Assembly (NCBI GenBank): GCA_965214095.1
Contig: OZ243938.1
Span: forward strand, 128,001-192,000
Origin: Candidatus Poribacteria bacterium
GTDB taxonomy: Bacteria; Poribacteria; WGA-4E; WGA-3G
DNA: 64,000 nucleotides
Direction of reading: 5' to 3'
The notes beneath the pieces were generated by a model. That model did not search any database and was not told where the DNA came from. It worked only from the letters and a program-made list of their open reading frames with translations. Made by a program: the position numbers and the translations under genes. Shown in pieces: positions 10,801-21,200 of this stretch. Within the stretch, counting starts at the first letter, position 1. Every line of letters starts with the position of its first letter.

Positions 10801-13800
10801 AGTTTGTTGAGACTGGTAAGACCGACAAATACTTTGTCTGGTATAGACTCGAATTTGTTACCATCTAAATACAGTGTTTCCAGTGAAGTTAGGTTCTCAA
10901 AAATATTTTCAGGTAATGAGGTTATTTTGTTGAGACCTAAGTCAAGTGTTACCAGTGAAGTTAGGTTATCAAAAATACCAGCGGGTAATGTTCCTATATT
11001 GTTTAGTTTTAACTCAAGTTTTGTGAGGGATGTGAGACTGGCAAAGACCCCTGCATCATAACTCTTGATATTCATATTATCCATATCAAGTTCTTTGAGT
11101 GATGTAAGATCATCAAAAATACCAGAAGGTAATGTTCCTATATTGTTGTTAGCCAAGTAAAGCTTTGTCAAACTGGTAAGTCCATCAAAATCTCCAGATT
11201 TTAGTGAACTTATGTCCTCACTATAGAGATTTAGCGTACCTGTTATTCCTGCAAGGTCGTCTGCTGTTATATTCGCTACATTTCTTTTACCAACAAGATC
11301 AGCAATTGCATCTCGTACCTTTCTTGTACGTTGTCTGACAGGTGTGAAACCTTCGTCTACATCGGTAATATTGATGGTGACATCGATTGTGGCACTTGCA
11401 TTACTCAGACCACTATCATCGGTAACTTTGACAGTAACTGAATAGGAATCCTTGGTTTCAAAATTCAATGAAGCACTGGTTTTCAACTGTCCGCTTGTGC
11501 TAACAATACTAAATGATGATGCATCTGTGCCTTCCAAGCTATATGTCAAGGTGTCATCTGTATCAACATCTGAAGCGGAAACAGGATTGCCAATATTGGT
11601 GTTGGTAGGCGTGTTTTCAGCGATTGAACGGGTGACAGGGGCAGTCTCGTCAAATGTAGGTGTGTTGTTAACCGTTTGCGATAAAATTCTGAGAGCAGCC
11701 TCGACCGTTCCCGAAACTTCAGCTGTTCCACCATTACTATCATCGGCTATAACCTTGATGGAGTAGTTTGATTTTGTATCGTCAATGAGTGCTTGTGTGA
11801 CTTTCAGTTGTCCTGAATTATCAATATCGAATTTCGCTGCATCATTACCACTAACACTGTATGTCAAAGTGTCGTTATCAGGGTCAGTTGCAGTGAGTGC
11901 ATCCCCAATACTATCCCCGACGGATACATCGCCAATATCTGCGATTCGGTAGGTGAAACTCGTGACCGAGAATGTTGGTGCGCGGTTCTCAACAACATCT
12001 GTAATATTGATCTCGACATCAATCGTAGCACTGTTATTACTCTCACCACTGTCATCCGTTGCTGTGACGGTTACCGAGTAAGAGGAATCATCTTCAAAGT
12101 CAAGTGCGTCCTTCGTTTTTATCTGTCCTGTGTCGGTATCAATGTCAAATGAAGATCCGTCCGTTCCACCGAGGCTGTATTCCAAGTCATCGCCATCTTC
12201 ATCCGTAGCAGCTACAGGCGTTCCGATGTTTGTATCCGCAACAGTATTCTCAGCGATGGCGCGTGTGACAGGACTTGTTTCGGTGAATGCTGGTGCATCG
12301 TTCTCATCCGAAACATTAATCGTGACATCAATGGAAGCACTGTTATTGCTTTCACCGCTGTCATCTGTGACAGTGACGGTTACCGAATGTGAAGCACTTG
12401 CTTCGTGATTAAGTGCGTCCTTCGTTTTGATCTGTCCAGTGTCAGTATCAATGTTAAATTTAGAACCGTCCGTGCCACCGATGCTGTATTCAAAATCATC
12501 ACCATCCTGATCAGTAGCAGGGAAAGGACTGCCGATGTTGACACCCGCGATAGCATGCTCTCCTATAGAGAATGTGATGGAACCTGTCTGTGTGAATTTC
12601 GGCGCATCATTCGCATCTGTGACATTAATTGTGACAGTAATTTCATCTTCAAGGCTGCCATCCGAAACGTTGACCGTCACCGTATAGGAGTCCTTCGTTT
12701 CAAAGTCTAATTCATCCTTTGTGCGGAGTTGTCCGTTTGTGCTATTGATATTAAACGACGCGGAATTCGTCCCGCCGAGAGTATATTCCAATTCGTCTTC
12801 GTCAGCATCAGAGGCTTCCACAGCAGTCCCAATATCTAAACCAGACCCGGTATTCTCTTCTACTGAACGCGTGGTTTCTGAACCTTCAGCAAACTCAGGG
12901 GCACTATTCTCGACTACATCAGTGACATTGATTGTAACATCTATGGTTGCCTCGCCACCATTGTCATCGGATACAGTTATTTCCACAGAATAAGATTTCT
13001 TTAATTCAAAATCTAATGCTGCATTGGTTCTCAACTGTCCGTTTGTGCTATTGATACTAAACGATGTTTCATCTGTACCACTCAGCGCGTATGTTAATGT
13101 ATCTTCATCCTCATCTGTGGCAGTAACTGCATCACCAATGTCTTCACCAGAACCAGTATTCTCTGCAACTGAACGCGTGGTTTCTGAGCCTTCCTCAAAC
13201 ACAGGGGCACGGTTCTCATCTACATCCCTAACCATAATGGTAATTGCAATACTATCGGATAGCTCACCATCAGACACCTTGAGTGTCACAGAATAGGAGG
13301 ACTTATTCTCATAATCCAATGCTGCCTTCGTTTGAAGTCTCTTTGTCGTACTATTGAAATCAAAGGATGTAGCATCATCACTTTCAAGGCTATAAGTTAA
13401 GGTCGTGTTCGCATCTGGATCCGTTGCAACAAAAGCATGTCCGAAATCAACTCCTGAAGCAGTATTCTCAGCAATGCGACGTATAGTATTTTCGCCATCC
13501 TCAAATACGGGTGCTTCATTGACATTCGACACATTGATTGTAACGGTGATCTCGTCTTCAAGACTACCATCCGATACAGTGACTGTCACCGTATAAGATG
13601 TCTTATTTTCATAATCCAGGGTACCGCTGGTTTTGAGTTGACCTGTTTCATCGTCAATGCTAAACGAAGAAGCATCTGTGCCACTGAGGAGATAAGCAAA
13701 CGTTTCGCTGTCTTCATCTGTTGCAGCGATTGCCTCACCAATATCAGTGTCTTCTGCCGTATTCTCTGGTACAGATCGGGTTGTGTCCTCTCCATCTTCA

Positions 13801-16800
13801 AAAACAGGTGCGATATTTGACGGTGTTTCGTCTAAGTCTCTGACAGATATAGATACTGTAATAGAATCGCTCAAACTACCATCGGTAACAGACACAGTGA
13901 CCGTGTATGAGGCTTTATTTTCAAAATCCAAAGCTGCTTTTGTTTTGAGTTGTCCTGTCCTTTCATCAATAGCGAATGAAGCAGCATCTGTACCACCGAG
14001 GCTATATGTCAGTGTAGTGTTAGCATCTACATCGGTTGCGGTCACTGCGGCACCGATGTTAATGTTGGCTTTAGCGTTTTCTGCAATGGTACGTGTAGTA
14101 CTAACACCACCTATGAACGACGGTGCCTCGTTGACATTTGAAACTTCAATAGTGACATCAATGCTATCACTCCCACCTTGACCATCAGATACGTTCACTG
14201 TCACCGTATACGATGATTTAGTCTCATAATCCAAGGCATCTTTCGTTTGCAGCTGCCCTGTCTCAGAATCAATGTTAAATGCAGCAGCATCTGTGCCACC
14301 AAGACCAAAAGTCAGTGTGTCATCGTCCGCATCCTCCGCAGATACAGGACTTCCTATATTAGTGTCTGCATCTGTGTTCTCAGGAACAGAGACGGTGATG
14401 TCATCTGAAGCAAACTCAGGTGAGTTGTTTGTCGGTGCTTCGTCCACATCCGTGACATTGACTGTTACAGTGATGCTATCACTGCCACCTTCACCATCGG
14501 AGACATTGACTGTTACCGTATATGATAACTTTGTTTCATAGTCAAGTGAGGCACTGGTTCGTATCTGACCTGAACTACTATTGATTGTAAATGAAGATGC
14601 GTCTGTTCCGCTAAGGCTATATGTTAATGTGTCTTCATCGTCATCGGTGGCGGACACAGCACTCCCAATGTCCACACCAGAACCTGTATTTTCTGCAATG
14701 GAACGAGTTGCAGTACTACCTTCCGTAAACTCAGGTGCGGTATTGGCAGGTCTCTCGTCTACATCGGTAACATTGATTGTGACGCTGATGCTGTCGCTGC
14801 CATTCTTGCCATCTGAAACATTTACTTTTACCGTATAAGACGACTTATCTTCATAATCCAAAGCTGCACTTGTTCTTATCTGTCCATTTGTACTATTGAT
14901 ACTAAACGAATCTGCATCCGTGCCACCAAGACTATAGGTTAGTGTGTCTTTGTCGGCATCGGTCGCACCAACTGCACTTCCTATGTCTACACCAGAACCC
15001 GTATTTTCTGCAATGGAAAGTGTAGCGGATTCACCATCTGTGAAGACAGGGGCGTTATTTGGAGGATCATCTTTTACATCTGTTGTTTCATCAACTACTG
15101 CTGTTTCATCTATGTCGGTGATGTTGATTGTGACATCTATAGAGTCTGAAAGACTACCATCAGAAACTGTGAGTGTGACCGAATATGAGCTCTTAGTTTC
15201 ATAATCCAGTGCTGCTGATGTTTGCAACTGTCCTGAAGTACTATTGATACTAAATGAAGATGCGTCAGTTCCACTAAGACTGTATGTCAATGTGTCTTCA
15301 TCATCATCGGTAGCGGACACAGCACTCCCAATGTCTACACCGGAACCCGTATTTTCTGCAATGGATCGAGTTGCAGTGCTACCTTCCGTAAACTCGGGTG
15401 CAGTGTTGGCAGATCTCTCGTCCACATCGGTGACATTGATTGTGACAGTGATACTATCACTGCCTTCATTCCCATCAGAAACATTTACTTTTACCGTATA
15501 AGACGACTTATCTTCATAATCCAAAGCTGCACTTGTTCTTATCTGTCCATTCGTGGTATTGATACTAAACGACGCAGTATCCGTGCCACCGAGACTATAT
15601 GTGAGTGTATCCTCATCTTCATCAGTCGCAGAGACTGCATCACCGATATCCACACCGGAATCTGTATTCTCTGCAACGGTTCGTGTGGTACTACTACCCT
15701 CTGTGAAGACAGGGGCGCAGTTTTCATCTACATCAGTCACATTGATGGCGACTGTGATGCTGTCGGTTAGACTACCATCTGATACTGTTACAGTTACCGA
15801 AAATGATGATTTGGTTTCATAGTCAAGGGCTGCTTTGGTTTTGAATTGACCTGTGTTCGCGTCAATATTAAAAGATGTTGCATCTGTCCCACTCATACTA
15901 TATGTTAGGTCATCATTGTTTGCATCCGTTGCCGAAACAGCATTGCCAATATCAACACCGGCTTCAGTGTTTTCTGGAATGGTGCGCGTCGCAGTTGTGC
16001 CTTCTGTGAACACAGGAGCAACATTAATCTCGCTGAAAACCTCCAATGGTAGTTCAGTAGATTTGGCAAACGCGTACCCAGTATGACCAGTAGGCAGACT
16101 TGGCAAAATACCGATGTCAACAGTGACAGCATCATAGGTGTTAGGCGTACGAATGACGGTTAACGGTTGACTTTCCACACTCCCAGCAAGGATCGTTATT
16201 GTAGTCACATTATCGGCAAGGTTTCCGCTTGTGACAGTTATCGGCAAGACAGTGTCTGATGGGACACCACTCGGTAGGACAGCTTTGATTTGGTTTGTAC
16301 CGACTTTTTGTAGTGATACAGTAAGCGGGAATGGGTCAACTGAATTGCCACTCAAATCCAACGTTGTTAGGGATGGTAGACCTTCAAAGATACCAGCAGG
16401 CAGCCCAGCCAATTGGTTATTGCTCAAGTTGAGGGATGTAAGAGACAGCAATCCTGTGAAATCATCTGATTTGAGTGTTGAAACTGACATACCACTCAGG
16501 TCCAGCGATGTAATTGATGCAAGGTGAACATCCGATACGTTACGGCAATCATCAATACCTGTCAGTGCATCTACAATCGCATCACTCACTTGGAGTGTCC
16601 GATTGCAAACATTAGATTTCGCAAGTATATAACCGAAATGGTTCGCAGGTAAGGATGGCAATGACCCAATACTTACATCTGATGTAGTAGCAGTAAATGC
16701 CGTGCTCTCAAGGCTTCCCTTAGGAATTGTAACAGAGGTAATGCTTGCACCATTGAGTGGCAACACAACATCAAACGGTGCCCCTGTCATAATAACCGCT

Positions 16801-18221
16801 ATGAACTGATTCAGCTCACTTTGTTGTAAAGATACCATCAATGGGAACGGATCAACGGAGTTACCACCTAATCGTAGGCTTGTAAGAGAAGTCAATCCAT
16901 CAAATATGCCGATTGGCAGGCTGCTAAGCATATTACCGTATAGATTCAGGTTGGTTAATCCTGTCAATCCGGAAAAATCACCGCTTTTCAGTTCCGTAAT
17001 ACCAGCATTACGTATATTCAGACTTGTAATGGCTGCAAGTTGTGCTGCGGTCACATCAGATGCAACACTTACACCAGAAACGGCTGCAACAATCGCATCC
17101 CGAACCTGTTGCGTGCGATCACTCATAGGTAGCACTGTTGATACCAAGGTCGTTTCTACTACGTCAACTACGCTGATGACAACGGTGATTGTATCTGTGA
17201 GAGTGCCATCAGAGACAGAGACAGTTACCGTATAAACACGTTTTGTTTCATAGTCTAAATCAGCCTTCGTTTTCAACTGTCCAGTTGTATTGTCAATATC
17301 AAATGAACCAGCATCTATTCCGCTCAGTGTGTATGTCAACGTATCGGTATCTACATCCGTTGCCGAGATAGCATTACCTATACTTTCACCTATAACCGCA
17401 TTTTCAACGACAGATCGGGTAGTGATTGTTCCGTCAGTAAATGTGGGTGCAGTGTTTTCTGATGTATCAGTTGTGTCTGTCGTATCAGTCGTGTCTGTCG
17501 TATCAGTCGTGTCTGTCGTATCGGTCGTTTCTATTACAGTACTGATAACTTCAAGTGGTAACCCCTCAGATGTCGTCAGCGCATAACCGTAATGGTTTTG
17601 TGGCAAAGTGGGTAAAGTGCCAATATTTGCTGAGACAGCCGCCGTAGAGTTTGCTGTGCGGGTAACAGTAACCGCATCACTTTCTGTTGCACCTATAGAG
17701 ATCGTCAGACTTGTTGTATTATCCGAGAGTGTTGCATTTGTAACGCTGATTGGCACTTGAATGCTAAAAGGCGCGCCTGTAGGGGCAACCGCTTTGAATT
17801 GATCCTCTCCAACCTTTTCAAGCGTAACGGTGATGGGAATAGGGTCAACGGTGTTGCTTCCTAATCGCAAGCTTGTCAGAACAGTCAATCCCTCAAAGAT
17901 ACCATTTGGCAAACTGCTGAGTTCATTGTTGTATAAATTCAGATTGGTTAAGCCAGTCAATCCAGAAAAATCTCCAGTCTTGAGTTCGGTTATACCGGCA
18001 TCTCGTAGATTGAGATCGGTAATCGCAGCAAGGTGGGTATCGGTTACCTCATCAGCTGTGTTGACTTCAGCTGCAGCAATAATTGCATCCCTAACCTGTG
18101 ATGTACGGTCACTCACTGCTGTGATTTCTGAAAAACTTGGAACTTGTAGGTTTAGTATTAAAATAAGTGACAAAGCAATTGGCAAGTAACCTTTTACATT
18201 TCTAATGATTGTGTTCAACAT
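7839..18221 (-). CDS. Giant secreted cadherin-repeat/LRR protein with T9SS-CTD/FlgD-Ig-like tail (paralog C, 3460 aa)
   Basis: Signal peptide, 3 short cap-LRR-Ig modules, about 18 cadherin repeats, 3 distal LRR modules separated by single cadherins, and the tail FPNPFNPETWIPYQL..WDGRN..RKMLIRK. Confidence 0.92.
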   Translation of the reverse strand: MLNTIIRNVKGYLPIALSLILILNLQVPSFSEITAVSDRTSQVRDAIIAAAEVNTADEVTDTHLAAITDLNLRDAGITELKTGDFSGLTGLTNLNLYNNELSSLPNGIFEGLTVLTSLRLGSNTVDPIPITVTLEKVGEDQFKAVAPTGAPFSIQVPISVTNATLSDNTTSLTISIGATESDAVTVTRTANSTAAVSANIGTLPTLPQNHYGYALTTSEGLPLEVISTVIETTDTTDTTDTTDTTDTTDTTDTSENTAPTFTDGTITTRSVVENAVIGESIGNAISATDVDTDTLTYTLSGIDAGSFDIDNTTGQLKTKADLDYETKRVYTVTVSVSDGTLTDTITVVISVVDVVETTLVSTVLPMSDRTQQVRDAIVAAVSGVSVASDVTAAQLAAITSLNIRNAGITELKSGDFSGLTGLTNLNLYGNMLSSLPIGIFDGLTSLTSLRLGGNSVDPFPLMVSLQQSELNQFIAVIMTGAPFDVVLPLNGASITSVTIPKGSLESTAFTATTSDVSIGSLPSLPANHFGYILAKSNVCNRTLQVSDAIVDALTGIDDCRNVSDVHLASITSLDLSGMSVSTLKSDDFTGLLSLTSLNLSNNQLAGLPAGIFEGLPSLTTLDLSGNSVDPFPLTVSLQKVGTNQIKAVLPSGVPSDTVLPITVTSGNLADNVTTITILAGSVESQPLTVIRTPNTYDAVTVDIGILPSLPTGHTGYAFAKSTELPLEVFSEINVAPVFTEGTTATRTIPENTEAGVDIGNAVSATDANNDDLTYSMSGTDATSFNIDANTGQFKTKAALDYETKSSFSVTVTVSDGSLTDSITVAINVTDVDENCAPVFTEGSSTTRTVAENTDSGVDIGDAVSATDEDEDTLTYSLGGTDTASFSINTTNGQIRTSAALDYEDKSSYTVKVNVSDGNEGSDSITVTINVTDVDERSANTAPEFTEGSTATRSIAENTGSGVDIGSAVSATDDDEDTLTYSLSGTDASSFSINSTSGQLQTSAALDYETKSSYSVTLTVSDGSLSDSIDVTINITDIDETAVVDETTDVKDDPPNNAPVFTDGESATLSIAENTGSGVDIGSAVGATDADKDTLTYSLGGTDADSFSINSTNGQIRTSAALDYEDKSSYTVKVNVSDGKNGSDSISVTINVTDVDERPANTAPEFTEGSTATRSIAENTGSGVDIGSAVSATDDDEDTLTYSLSGTDASSFTINSSSGQIRTSASLDYETKLSYTVTVNVSDGEGGSDSITVTVNVTDVDEAPTNNSPEFASDDITVSVPENTDADTNIGSPVSAEDADDDTLTFGLGGTDAAAFNIDSETGQLQTKDALDYETKSSYTVTVNVSDGQGGSDSIDVTIEVSNVNEAPSFIGGVSTTRTIAENAKANINIGAAVTATDVDANTTLTYSLGGTDAASFAIDERTGQLKTKAALDFENKASYTVTVSVTDGSLSDSITVSISVRDLDETPSNIAPVFEDGEDTTRSVPENTAEDTDIGEAIAATDEDSETFAYLLSGTDASSFSIDDETGQLKTSGTLDYENKTSYTVTVTVSDGSLEDEITVTINVSNVNEAPVFEDGENTIRRIAENTASGVDFGHAFVATDPDANTTLTYSLESDDATSFDFNSTTKRLQTKAALDYENKSSYSVTLKVSDGELSDSIAITIMVRDVDENRAPVFEEGSETTRSVAENTGSGEDIGDAVTATDEDEDTLTYALSGTDETSFSINSTNGQLRTNAALDFELKKSYSVEITVSDDNGGEATIDVTINVTDVVENSAPEFAEGSETTRSVEENTGSGLDIGTAVEASDADEDELEYTLGGTNSASFNINSTNGQLRTKDELDFETKDSYTVTVNVSDGSLEDEITVTINVTDANDAPKFTQTGSITFSIGEHAIAGVNIGSPFPATDQDGDDFEYSIGGTDGSKFNIDTDTGQIKTKDALNHEASASHSVTVTVTDDSGESNNSASIDVTINVSDENDAPAFTETSPVTRAIAENTVADTNIGTPVAATDEDGDDLEYSLGGTDGSSFDIDTDTGQIKTKDALDFEDDSSYSVTVTATDDSGESNNSATIDVEINITDVVENRAPTFSVTSFTYRIADIGDVSVGDSIGDALTATDPDNDTLTYSVSGNDAAKFDIDNSGQLKVTQALIDDTKSNYSIKVIADDSNGGTAEVSGTVEAALRILSQTVNNTPTFDETAPVTRSIAENTPTNTNIGNPVSASDVDTDDTLTYSLEGTDASSFSIVSTSGQLKTSASLNFETKDSYSVTVKVTDDSGLSNASATIDVTINITDVDEGFTPVRQRTRKVRDAIADLVGKRNVANITADDLAGITGTLNLYSEDISSLKSGDFDGLTSLTKLYLANNNIGTLPSGIFDDLTSLKELDMDNMNIKSYDAGVFASLTSLTKLELKLNNIGTLPAGIFDNLTSLVTLDLGLNKITSLPENIFENLTSLETLYLDGNKFESIPDKVFVGLTSLNKLDMDGNPVDPMPLEITFEIIAVDQFKVVAVTGAPTDITVALSVTNGSITGGATSATISQGSTDSETFTVTRDEGTTGNVTVSLGSFSSLPWNHYGYRLRKGPNINLIRTEYNAPVFNDGSSITLSVREITAPGTNIGAPLTATDADDLDILTYSLEGTDAASFSIDTTNGQLKTSAELDFEDESSYSVTVKVTDDSSHSDNSDTIDVTINILDATETSTPVNQRTQQVRDKLISVTGISDPAYIAADDLAAITGTLDFKQKNISSLQTGDFDDLTGVTAISFENNSLTTFPSGLFNELTSITSFRADENNLTSVPAGIFDNNTSLKSIDLSENNLSSLPNGIFNTLTSLDEINLSNNSFSSIPDGLFLNLSSLDRVDLRNNSVDPLPLDITAVKVQDGEFKVVVAVGAPFEIEVPVSVSNATINSSVTSVSISRGSTDSETLTATRNSGSTSRVNASIDSLPSLPSGHYGYSLIKGPNINIIPGTNNPPVFNDGVSTTLSVDEKNRINANLGSRFTATDADEDTLTYSLEGTDADSFSINSETGQLKIAVVLDYEEQSSYSITVKVTDDSGSSNDSATLAVTIEVNDIDETPPDPPLSERTQRIIFGSDDGATLHGSIMWALKDRFPNLRRDDLLNHHLSFIRRLTYIAHGVGNPNSGDFNDLVNLVHLEFSFYSTNLPVGIFDDLVNLTDLKLGESNLLNFHSDIFKYNTKLQSLNLSGNSFNANINLDAFKPLTALRRLELFNNNILRLPDGFFTVLSNLSYLGLSHNNVSFGTYINVPIPVTLIKTANGKFKVKIPAGAPKEATTVVAVTNGSISGDVTSIVMEAGEVESDEFTVTRTAGTTEAVTVDISTLPTLSGFSGCNYTKSDDLPLTVIDAIPPAPSNIQPPDKTVLLSNFPNPFNPETWIPYQLAKASDVTLTIYNMRGVVVRKLVLGHQKAGFYMNRNRAAYWDGRNSIGEKVAAGVYFVTFKAGDFTTTRKMLIRK
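17464..17528 (-). repeat. 9/18-bp tandem repeat encoding a (TDT)n linker
   Basis: GTGTCTGTCGTATCAGTC repeats about 3 times and encodes ETTDTTDTTDTTDTTDTTDTTDTS. Shorter versions occur at about 25786-25832 and 35310-35360. Confidence 0.9.
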
Positions 18222-18269
18222 TTTTTTGTCCTTTCTTTGTGGAGAAAATCCACCTTTTAGTAATAGAAA

Positions 18270-21200
18270 CTATTTACGTATTAACATTTTCCGAGTAGAA
18301 GTATAATCATCTGCGTTGAAAGTGATAAAATAGATCCCTGCTGCGACCTTCTCACCATTACTGTTTCTACCATCCCAATAAGCTGCCTGTCTTCGATCTT
18401 TGTAAAAACCTGCTTTTTGATGTCCCAACACTAATTTACGAACCACAACACCGCGCGTATTGTAAATCGTCAACGAAACATCCGCGGGCTTGGACAACTG
18501 ATAGGGTATCCACGTCTCTGGATTGAATGGGTTCGGATAATTTGATAGGAGTTGCGTATTGTCAGGTATCTCAATACTGTTGCTTGGTCCAGGAGGAACA
18601 GCAGGGATGACTTCTATCGGTAGACTATCTGTGTCTACTACAAAATTATAACCGTGATTATATATACCGCGCTGAGACTTAACGTCAGTGAGATTAACAG
18701 TAACAGCATCAGTCGTTCCAGCGGTTCGGATTACGTCAATAATACCACTTTCAGATTGACCAACTTTAATCAAAATATCATAAAAATAATCCTCACCGGT
18801 ATCGAATGCACCAGTTCTCTCATCAGGGTCAATATAGCCGTTGGTGACGGTTGGGTGTGGGTGAATATGGAATTTGCTTGGAACACCTACAGGACACACT
18901 GCTTTGAATTGACCATCTGCCACCTTTTCCAATTTGACTTTAAGTGTCAACCCACCACCTTCAAAACTTGTAAGTTTCGTAAGACCGACAAACAATCCAT
19001 CCGGCAAGGTTGACAAATTGTTACCTCCCATGTAAAGATTTGTCAATTTGGTCAAAGAACTAAAAGTATTGGCTGGTAATGAACTAATATTATTACTTGC
19101 GATGTTTAAATATCTAAGGTTGGTGTTGTTCTCGAAAATTCCAGACGGCAATGTAGTTAAATCATTTGATGATAGGTTCAATTGATTCAAATTTGTTAGT
19201 CCGTCAAAAATCCCATCAGGTAATGCACTCAAACCGTTTTGCAGTAAGTTGAGATAGTTAAGTTTGGAATTATTGTCAAACATATCAGCTGGTAACGATG
19301 CTAAATTGTTTATATGAAGACCAAGATGTTTCAGTTCAGAGTTTTTGTCAAATATCCCAGCAGGTAAAGTAGTTAAACCGTTGTAATATATAATTAACTC
19401 TTCCAAATTCGTATTTTTGTCAAATATCCCAGCAGGTAAAGTAGTGAGTTTGTTACCCCACAATTGAATATTTTTAAGAGAAGTGAGTTCATCAAATACA
19501 CCGACTGGCAACGAAGCTAATTGGCTATCGGTTTGGTCTTCATCGTTGTATAAATCCAGATGTTCTAATGCAGAGAGTCCATTAAACATACCACTGGAGA
19601 GGGTAGTGAAATTATTTACACCTAAGTCAAGATATGTTAGATTGGAAAGTTCTGCAAAGATATTATCAGGCAAAGATGTCATACCGTTGAATGGAAGTTC
19701 AAGAGACTCAAGAGCAGTGAGACCATCAAAAATCCCGTCGGGTAACGTTGGCAATGCGTTGAATAAAAGACTAAGCTCCGTCAGACCAGTGAGACCATCA
19801 AAATCACCAGCTTGTAATGCGGTTAATTTTGGCGACCAATTACCCCGCGATATATAACCCCCTATAATGCTAAGTGATGTAATTGCAGCAAGGTGTTCCG
19901 CAGTTACATCGTCAGCGGAATTAACACCATCAACAGCCGCAACAATTGCATCACGCACCCCTGCAGTACGTTCGCTAACAGGTGTGATACCTTCGTCTAC
20001 ATCCGTAACATTGATGGTGACATCTATTGTAGCACTTGCATTACTTACACCACTGTCATCTGTTACCTTAACAGTAACTGAATAGGAATCCTTGTTCTCA
20101 TAATCCAATGGAGCACTGGTTTTCAACTGTCCGCTTGTGGTAACAATACTAAATGATGACGCATCCGTACCTTCCAAGCTATATGTCAATGTGTCGTCTG
20201 TGTCATCATCTGAAGCAGAGACAGGTTCACCAATATCGGTATCGGCAGGGGTATTTTCAGCGATTGAACGGGTGACAGGGGCAGTCTCGTCAAATGTAGG
20301 TGTGTTGTTAACCACTTGCATTGAAATTCTGAGAGCAGCAGTGACCGTTCCCGAAACTTCAGCTTTTCCACCATTACTATCATCGGCTACAACCTTGATG
20401 GAGTAGTTTGATTTTGTATCGTCAATGAGTGCTTGTGTGACTTTCAGTTGTCCTGAATTATCAATATCGAACTTCGCTGCATCATTTCCACTAACACTGT
20501 ATGTCAATGTATCGTTATCAGGGTCAGTTGCAGTGAGTGCATCCCCAATACTATCCCCGACGGATACATCGTTAATATTTGAGATGCGGTAGTCGAAACT
20601 ATTGACCGAGAATGTTGGTGGGCGGTTTTCAGTGACATCCGTGATATTGATGTCGACATCAATCGTAGCACTGTTATTACTCTCACCACTGTCATCTGTT
20701 GCAGTGACGGTTACCGAGTAAGAGGCATCATCTTCAAAGTCAAGTGCGTCCTTCGTCTTTATCTGTCCAGTTTCATCATCAATACTGAATGAATCAGCGT
20801 CCGTGCCACCGAGGCTATATTCCAAGTCATCGCCATCTTCATCCGTAGCAGCTACAGGCGTTCCGATGTTTGTATCCGCAACAGTATTCTCAGCGATGGC
20901 GCGTGTGGCAGGACTTGTTTCGGAGAATGTTGGTGCATCGTTCGCATCCGTAACATTAATCGTGACGTTGATGGAAGCACTGTTATTGCTTTCACCGCTG
21001 TCATCTGTGACAGTGACGGTTACCGAATGTGAAGCACTTGCCTCGTGATTAAGTCCGTCCTTCGTTTTGATCTGTCCAGTGTCGGTATCAATGTCAAATG
21101 AAGAACCGTCCGTGCCACCGATGCTGTATTCAAAATCATCACCATCCTGATCAGTGGCAGGGAAAGGACTGCCGATGTTGACATTCGCAGCAGTATGCTC

